DNA of 46,590 nucleotides from an uncultured Candidatus Peribacteria bacterium (GTDB lineage Bacteria; Patescibacteriota; Gracilibacteria; UBA4473): NCBI GenBank assembly GCA_964344165.1, contig CAYFMH010000002.1, positions 1 to 46,590 of the forward strand, read 5' to 3'. Shown piece by piece: positions 42,201 to 46,590 of this stretch (position 1 is its first letter; each line of letters starts with the position of its first letter). The notes under the pieces were generated by a model. It saw only the letters and a program-made list of their open reading frames with translations, ran no database searches and was not told where the DNA came from. The position numbers and the translations under genes were made by a program.

Positions 42201-42583
42201 TAGAAGGAGACTTTGCTGAGATCTTAGTTTCAGATGACTTATCTCCTTCAGATCGATTTCTTCATATTTTGCAAACGCGAGAACAAAGAATTAGACTAAC
42301 TAGTTTGCAGTTAGTAGCACCAGAATTTCAGGAAAATAAAGCCCTCTTTGCTGATATTACAGCTTTATTAGACTCTGTACAACCTCTGAAGACGGAATTA
42401 GAAACATATTCAGAGTCTGCCATACAAGATTCACAAACTCTAGAAGCTTGTGAACGATTTAGAGATCAAATAGTTGCTATGAATACTGCTGAAATGCGAG
42501 AACTCATTGAGGATTATCTAACAGGAGTTCTTGAATATTTGTCTCAACGTATGAGATTTTTTCAGGCGAGAAAAGCCGCTTAA
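39296..42583 (+). CDS. Hypothetical 1095-aa multi-TM protein with a long C-terminal coiled-coil region
   Basis: Four hydrophobic segments: IRIAVATVVGTIGAGLSYFAL, VGTMTISAILAALFTGYLV, FAAAFFFLAVLFGDVPNAVYVAQFYL, GSLVTIISILALLTLLIQPTYV. About 600 aa of E/L/Q/R-rich helical tail. No P-loop or other catalytic motif seen. Confidence 0.8.
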   Translation: MGETQSTSPNFSVDFLDIERLDFIDQFLLESRRAGATPALIERYFPGISDKQASDILEVFADGIEASERTNRISEILLVREEPSHKIASQVREASEPIKAHPIVRQMKSIRIAVATVVGTIGAGLSYFALKDNLTSLSWDRLVDAGYSPDSIQVGTMTISAILAALFTGYLVRTRDKIADESARRGLDFLKAHRETFRRKPFAAAFFFLAVLFGDVPNAVYVAQFYLGDEDVARQVEHSGDEIKKALVFLEDNYTEAAETREEVMGKGIQNVAQVEIDGTGPTKTPGAGPVYKALVSLETGGTTWPNNTPFQVALKKVLSHYDVEDTGLPNQFKTEFVLKMKALVEGVNIQLSQSLEKIEKMVKNGERSYGVISAEYTKIDELLTTLQGDIQHEFEIAAEKSGENVKGAAKAIYDTAKELGGYPNFVPVVGGLEIPMPRIEPLSIEVPETFRAKNTVELLTNAWAKDIVEGSLVTIISILALLTLLIQPTYVRFISVALNGTNKDKQREYIMNAIRTYEKLLDNFVEALARNINKSSFVQSSCGVDIPSSYIAEKLKSYLKEGVFQKLRTDGFESLSIGDVLNTFKRLEGFLSDPEEIGSFVISLFPQGVHPSKCELNTTAIIKHMDEMMGISRHKVAILALMDFSSASFQNASVALRRVEKILEDIRKLPSAEGCSSALDSETSSKLVETVTSLEQFLLRIKEILELQISKQQQVSSRKKVDILDKLVLHRRINKAMQNTPEYNELSPSYGERDNWTISVSGPLNRWYEEMFGSLRQVEDSLRAEVLSDDQITEQLWRYTREAKNLEVTKERLSTFEDLDVSGQVCWLGNQQRLVFMGRNIEGVESSLEKRVRDIFQTTSEDGDMSENLFVTLKRFNTELSGMEQSCAQQEDLSREITAQQRRVETLVTNLENQLMEVGVEAVRDLATARRNVIIFQGLRTNENAGFLTEALGALEEREKLLVAREEIEGDFAEILVSDDLSPSDRFLHILQTREQRIRLTSLQLVAPEFQENKALFADITALLDSVQPLKTELETYSESAIQDSQTLEACERFRDQIVAMNTAEMRELIEDYLTGVLEYLSQRMRFFQARKAA

Positions 42584-42608
42584 TTTTATTAATTTTTAAT
42601 TTTTTTAA

Positions 42609-45290
42609 ATGACAAAAAATCCTATCTCGAAATTAGAAATGGCCTTCAGAGCGCTAGATGAAATCGCTCGAGAAAATGAAGCAATATCTCATTTGGGGGC
42701 AGAAGGCCCAAATACTGACTTAATAAAATCGACTCAAGAGAAATTAACTCAAGAGGTAAGAGAGATTGCCCAAAACATGAAAGTAACTAAGGCAGTCACT
42801 GATGTGATTTTATCTCAGGAGGAGATTGGTGATTTTGTCGTTGGTCTCCAAGAACTTATAACCGAAGGAATAAGATTACAAGAAGAAAAAGTATTCCTTC
42901 AGAGGATAAAGGCAAGGGTTGGGAAATTAGGAAGTCACTCTTCTTTTATCGGGTCAAATAGACCAGAAGGAGAAAAATCAACGGCTGGAGGAAGCATAAA
43001 GGCAGTGTTTGGTGAGATTGGAGACTTAGTTCGAAAAATAAGGCGAAAAGAAGGTAGAGAGACGGAAGTTCGACCAGAAATCAATAAAAGAAAGGGTTTA
43101 TTAGCAGCTCTTCGTTCCTTGGAATCGTTAGAAAACATCGAGGGAGATTTGCCTAGCGAAATTGAATTTGAAGAAAATCGAGAACTTTTTTCTGAAATAA
43201 AACGGAATATAAGAGATATACATAGAAAATATAAAGAAAAAATTGAAAAATTTATAGATGGCTTTTTAGATTCAGCAGAAGGAAAAGTTCTGGATGAATG
43301 TAAAGATCTCGGATCTTCTTTAGATAGCATTGGATTTGACCACGAATTAATCGTATGGAGTAAAAGTATAATAACTGAACGAATTACTTGTTTAGAAGTA
43401 GAAGATAAATTTACTCGTAAGCAGGAAAAACTTGCCCAGTTAATGCAAAAAAATGTGTGGGAACAATCTGGAGCACTCCCTTTGAGACAAATTGTTTCTA
43501 TGCTTCGGGATATGGCAGGAATCCCAGCTATTTTGGGAGAAATGGAAGCTTTAACTGGCAGTTCTCAACCTACGGTTCATCCAAAAAATCAACACAGAGT
43601 AGACACTCTAAACCAAGGATTTCAGGAGGAGCAGGAAGGGATAGAATCGTTTTTAAGCAAAAATGTCATTTCAAAAATCAGCATGATTACTTCTCAAATA
43701 AGAGAAGAAGTAGAAAGGTTAAAAAAAGAATATGCAACTCAAAGTGAGGCAACTCCGTCTGATAAAATAAAAGTCCAAATCAATGAAAAACTCCCTCATG
43801 AATCAGATATAAGAGCCCGACTAGAAACATTAGAACAGATAGGATGGGCAGCACTAGCTCCTGAAATTGATAGAATAAGTGCTTCATGGAGTGAGTCTTT
43901 AGAATCTCTTAATTTTTCTATCCAAAGAACCCCATTAGCTCTTTTTGATGAAGAAAATATAACAAGAATAGAGTCTCTTATGGAAACAAAGAAACAATCT
44001 GATGCTGTTATGACTGATTTTCAGGCAAAAAAAACAGAAACAGAAGAGGCAATATCTTCTTTGAGTGCTCTAACAGAAGGAAGAATTGGCGAATGGGAAG
44101 CTTTTCAAGCGGAAGTTAAGGAATTTCTTGATTCTGTTAAGGTTAACCCCCAAATTAATCCCAAAAGTTTTCAAGTCCCTGGTCACATTGTCGTAAACGG
44201 CATGGTTTCTTTTTCTAGTTTGAATCTAGATAGAGAGAAAATAGACACTCGTTTGGCGAATGGGAAAAGATGGAAACAGGGAGAACAATTAGTTTTAAAT
44301 ACTGGTGCTTTTGGGTGGGGGTGCGATCTTTTATCAGACATTGCCCAACAAAGTTATCATTTGTTACCAGGGAGCAGTTCTGCTCCTGGATTAGAAGAGA
44401 AGGGCAGTGCGAACCCTCTCCAAGAAGAAAGTCCTGAACCTTCTCTCGCAGGATCCAGAGATACTTGTGCAGAAGATATTTATCCAGATACATATCTAGA
44501 TCCTTATATAGTAGAGCTTGCGGTAGGAAATGCTAGAGCTGCGGATGCCGTTAATAAGGCGGTAGAGGTAGCTGCTTTTGCAGGACAGAAGTTTCGTGAT
44601 AGATTAAGAGAGGGGAACAATCTTAGACTTGCAAATCCTCAACGAGGAGAACTAAAAATATTTAGGCAAAAATTGGATGGGATAAAAGGAGAAAAAGACT
44701 CTTTTGAAGTTGCGATAAAAACTTTTCAAGATACGCTAACAGGCGTTGGAACTGATTTGTTTTTTACCCTTCCTTTATCTGATTTGTCATCTAATTTTAA
44801 TCCCGACATCTATGATATAACTCCTCCAAATCAGGCCGATATTAACCTTTTGAGACATAAAGCAGGAGAAATCGTTTGGAGGCTATTGGAGGATAGAAAC
44901 GAAACAGGTCTTGATTTCCCCCCAGAACTGGATGTAGAGGAAATAAAAAGCAAAGGATATAATAATATTTTAGATTATTACTTAGTTTTGAAAAAAAGTG
45001 ATGAAAGAGGAGAAAGACCTCCTGAAATAAATACTATCATTGTAGAACAGGCACTAAGAAAAGCCATGCTAAAACAGTTAAGACTTGCGGCAGCACAAGT
45101 AGATGAATCAAGAGAAATGGATAAATTTACTTTTTACTTCAAAAACTTCTTCAAAATGGTGATAGCGATGGGAAATCTTGTTCAAAAAGAACATTTAGGC
45201 TTTCACTCAGGACATCCTTATCAAAACATTCCTAGAGGTTGTGAAAAAGCAGTTATATGGGAGGATGCAGACAGAAGAAATGCAGCTTAA
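42609..45290 (+). CDS. Hypothetical 893-aa soluble, acidic, coiled-coil-rich protein
   Basis: Starts 25 nt after the upstream stop with the same AT-rich pre-start context (ttttttaaATG). No TM segment or recognisable motif. Confidence 0.8.
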   Translation: MTKNPISKLEMAFRALDEIARENEAISHLGAEGPNTDLIKSTQEKLTQEVREIAQNMKVTKAVTDVILSQEEIGDFVVGLQELITEGIRLQEEKVFLQRIKARVGKLGSHSSFIGSNRPEGEKSTAGGSIKAVFGEIGDLVRKIRRKEGRETEVRPEINKRKGLLAALRSLESLENIEGDLPSEIEFEENRELFSEIKRNIRDIHRKYKEKIEKFIDGFLDSAEGKVLDECKDLGSSLDSIGFDHELIVWSKSIITERITCLEVEDKFTRKQEKLAQLMQKNVWEQSGALPLRQIVSMLRDMAGIPAILGEMEALTGSSQPTVHPKNQHRVDTLNQGFQEEQEGIESFLSKNVISKISMITSQIREEVERLKKEYATQSEATPSDKIKVQINEKLPHESDIRARLETLEQIGWAALAPEIDRISASWSESLESLNFSIQRTPLALFDEENITRIESLMETKKQSDAVMTDFQAKKTETEEAISSLSALTEGRIGEWEAFQAEVKEFLDSVKVNPQINPKSFQVPGHIVVNGMVSFSSLNLDREKIDTRLANGKRWKQGEQLVLNTGAFGWGCDLLSDIAQQSYHLLPGSSSAPGLEEKGSANPLQEESPEPSLAGSRDTCAEDIYPDTYLDPYIVELAVGNARAADAVNKAVEVAAFAGQKFRDRLREGNNLRLANPQRGELKIFRQKLDGIKGEKDSFEVAIKTFQDTLTGVGTDLFFTLPLSDLSSNFNPDIYDITPPNQADINLLRHKAGEIVWRLLEDRNETGLDFPPELDVEEIKSKGYNNILDYYLVLKKSDERGERPPEINTIIVEQALRKAMLKQLRLAAAQVDESREMDKFTFYFKNFFKMVIAMGNLVQKEHLGFHSGHPYQNIPRGCEKAVIWEDADRRNAA

Positions 45291-45419
45291 TGCCTTTCTT
45301 AATTATATTCCATGAGCACTCTTAGTTTCCTCTGTAGAACATCATGTTAAAGCTCTAGCAAAAACATAATCTCCTGTATAAAGACTGTTTGAATAAAAAT
45401 TTTATTCAGCAAGTATTTT

Positions 45420-45460
45420 GAGACACTCCTTTTTTATAGTGTCTCATTTGTCTCATTTTT
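45420..45460 (+). terminator. Hairpin plus T-rich tail after the 893-aa gene
   Basis: gagacact-ccttttttat-agtgtctc (8-bp perfect stem) followed by atttgtctcattttt. Confidence 0.45.
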
Positions 45461-45524
45461 AAAAACATGTATACTGAAGATAAGGCAAGACAAAGGGTCG
45501 GAGACCCAGATGTCCCGCCATTTT

Positions 45525-46493
45525 TTAATTCAAATACTGCGCCTTGTATCGATTGTGCTCCTCCAGATCTTTGCTGAAATGCACCTGGCCTTTTCGATCA
45601 TGGAGATAGTACCAATATTCTGTTTTTTGAGGATGAATAGCCGCTTTGATCGCCCGGAGACCAGGATTGGAGATCGCCGTTGGGGGCAATCCAATCTTTC
45701 GACGTGTGTTATACGGAGAATCGCTCTGGAAGTCGGCAGTCAGGAGTGGGCGTTTCCAGTCATTGAGCTCATAACGAGTAGTCGCATCGATCCCGAGGTA
45801 CATTTGACTATCGAGACGTTTCCAAATCACATCGGAGATCATTGCCATTTCTTCGTCGCTATTTGCTTCTCGTTCAATCATCGAGGCGACAATGATAATT
45901 TCATTGGTTGTTCGACCGGACTCGAGGATGTCTTTTCTGAGCGGTTCGATCTGTTTTTCAAATTCTCGATAGAGTCTTTGGATGAATTTTTTACTAGAAA
46001 AATTGTTTGGGTTTACGAAGTAAGTAGAAGGAAAAATAAAGCCTTCCAAGTTTGAAGCAGAAAACCCAAAATCACAAAAACTGGTGCACTGTTCAAAATC
46101 TCCTTTTTCGATCAGCGATTTTTTGGTCAAAATTTCATCGATTTGTTTGATGGTGGATCCCTCTGGGATTGTAACACGAATTTCTTCGGATTTTGCACTC
46201 TGGAGAATCTCAGTGATTTCGGCAAAGGTGAGATTTTTTTGGATCACATAATCTCCGGCTTGTAATTTATTGGCCAAACCCTGCTTTTTTACAAAAATTC
46301 GGAACACCCAGGCATCTCGAATAAGCTCATAATCGTACAAAACTTCAGAAATGCTCTGCAAACTTGTTCCTTTTGGAATTGTTACTGATACACGGGTTTC
46401 TGAGTCAGAGTTTGGTTTATCCCAGACAAGGAGGATTCGGGCAAAAAAATAGAGCCCGATAAAAATTAAAACAAGAAAAAAAAACTTTTTCAT
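45525..46493 (-). CDS. mltG: Endolytic murein transglycosylase MltG (YceG-like)
   Basis: N-terminal membrane anchor. ASMIEREA, VIWKRL, LGIDATTRY, SPYNTRRKIGLPPTAISNPG. The ATG at 46493 is preferred over the TTG at 46526. Confidence 0.9.
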   Translation of the reverse strand: MKKFFFLVLIFIGLYFFARILLVWDKPNSDSETRVSVTIPKGTSLQSISEVLYDYELIRDAWVFRIFVKKQGLANKLQAGDYVIQKNLTFAEITEILQSAKSEEIRVTIPEGSTIKQIDEILTKKSLIEKGDFEQCTSFCDFGFSASNLEGFIFPSTYFVNPNNFSSKKFIQRLYREFEKQIEPLRKDILESGRTTNEIIIVASMIEREANSDEEMAMISDVIWKRLDSQMYLGIDATTRYELNDWKRPLLTADFQSDSPYNTRRKIGLPPTAISNPGLRAIKAAIHPQKTEYWYYLHDRKGQVHFSKDLEEHNRYKAQYLN

Positions 46494-46590
46494 TAGCTTT
46501 TGAAGTTTAGCACAAAAAAGGAGCAAGAAGAAAGGTTATACTAGCTTGCCTTAATAATTTCGAAATTAAGAGATAATAATGAAGAGAGCT

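Noticed and set aside
39296-42583. Considered the 1095-aa protein as a phage tape-measure protein or a ZorA/MotA-like stator.
   Set aside because: No tail or baseplate genes are nearby, and it is on the opposite strand from the phage block. No MotA/ExbB-type motif or ZorB-like partner could be recognised. The protein is left as unknown.
45510-46055. 181-aa plus-strand ORF overlapping mltG.
   Set aside because: It is antisense to mltG, whose product carries the YceG motifs. No independent support.
1-46590. Alternative genetic code (UGA recoded, as in some CPR lineages or Mycoplasma-type codes), and CRISPR arrays.
   Set aside because: Conserved genes (sufC, the ABC ATPase domain, hicA) terminate on TGA at their expected lengths, and long ORFs are intact under code 11. 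No array of regularly spaced 25-40-nt direct repeats is present anywhere in the window.

Overview
This 46.6-kb window comes from an AT-rich bacterial genome that uses the standard genetic code. TGA is a genuine stop: sufC and the ABC ATPase both end on TGA at their expected lengths. Most core genes have no Shine-Dalgarno (SD) motif. The gene content looks like a reduced or episymbiotic lineage, possibly CPR/Patescibacteria, but that cannot be proven from sequence alone.

Nt 1-27,000 is mostly housekeeping: an ABC exporter ATPase, DUF3179, rpsO-pnp, a trypsin-like lipoprotein, an anthrax-LF/PPEP-like metalloprotease, VanW, recF, hicBA-lgt, a CaCA antiporter, an RluA-family synthase, a large secreted repeat protein, porB, a short alaS, Jag/KhpB, chorismate mutase and sufC. 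This part shows clear gene decay and patchwork composition:
- a single-gene GC-rich insertion at 869-1540
- a heavily eroded sufB pseudogene directly after an intact sufC
- an orphan two-gene V/A-ATPase stator fragment
- an orphan porB

From tRNA-Ser(GGA) at 27210-27299 onward lies an accessory region. It contains:
- a very AT-rich, translationally coupled two-gene module: a protein with a nucleoside-deoxyribosyltransferase (NDT)/TIR-like domain and a possible winged helix-turn-helix (wHTH) tail, plus a 784-aa all-alpha repeat protein
- a large serine recombinase
- a membrane-anchored SNase-Excalibur nuclease
- a phage packaging/methylation block (wHTH regulator, ParB-methyltransferase, methyltransferase, small and large terminase) with no structural genes
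- a divergent promoter region driving two giant uncharacterised proteins: a 1095-aa multi-TM/coiled-coil protein and an 893-aa soluble protein

The two uncharacterised gene pairs (27463-30679 and 39296-45290) are the best candidates for an undescribed system.

No CRISPR array, rRNA or IS transposase was seen. Non-coding features were located by hand and their coordinates may be off by 1-2 nt.
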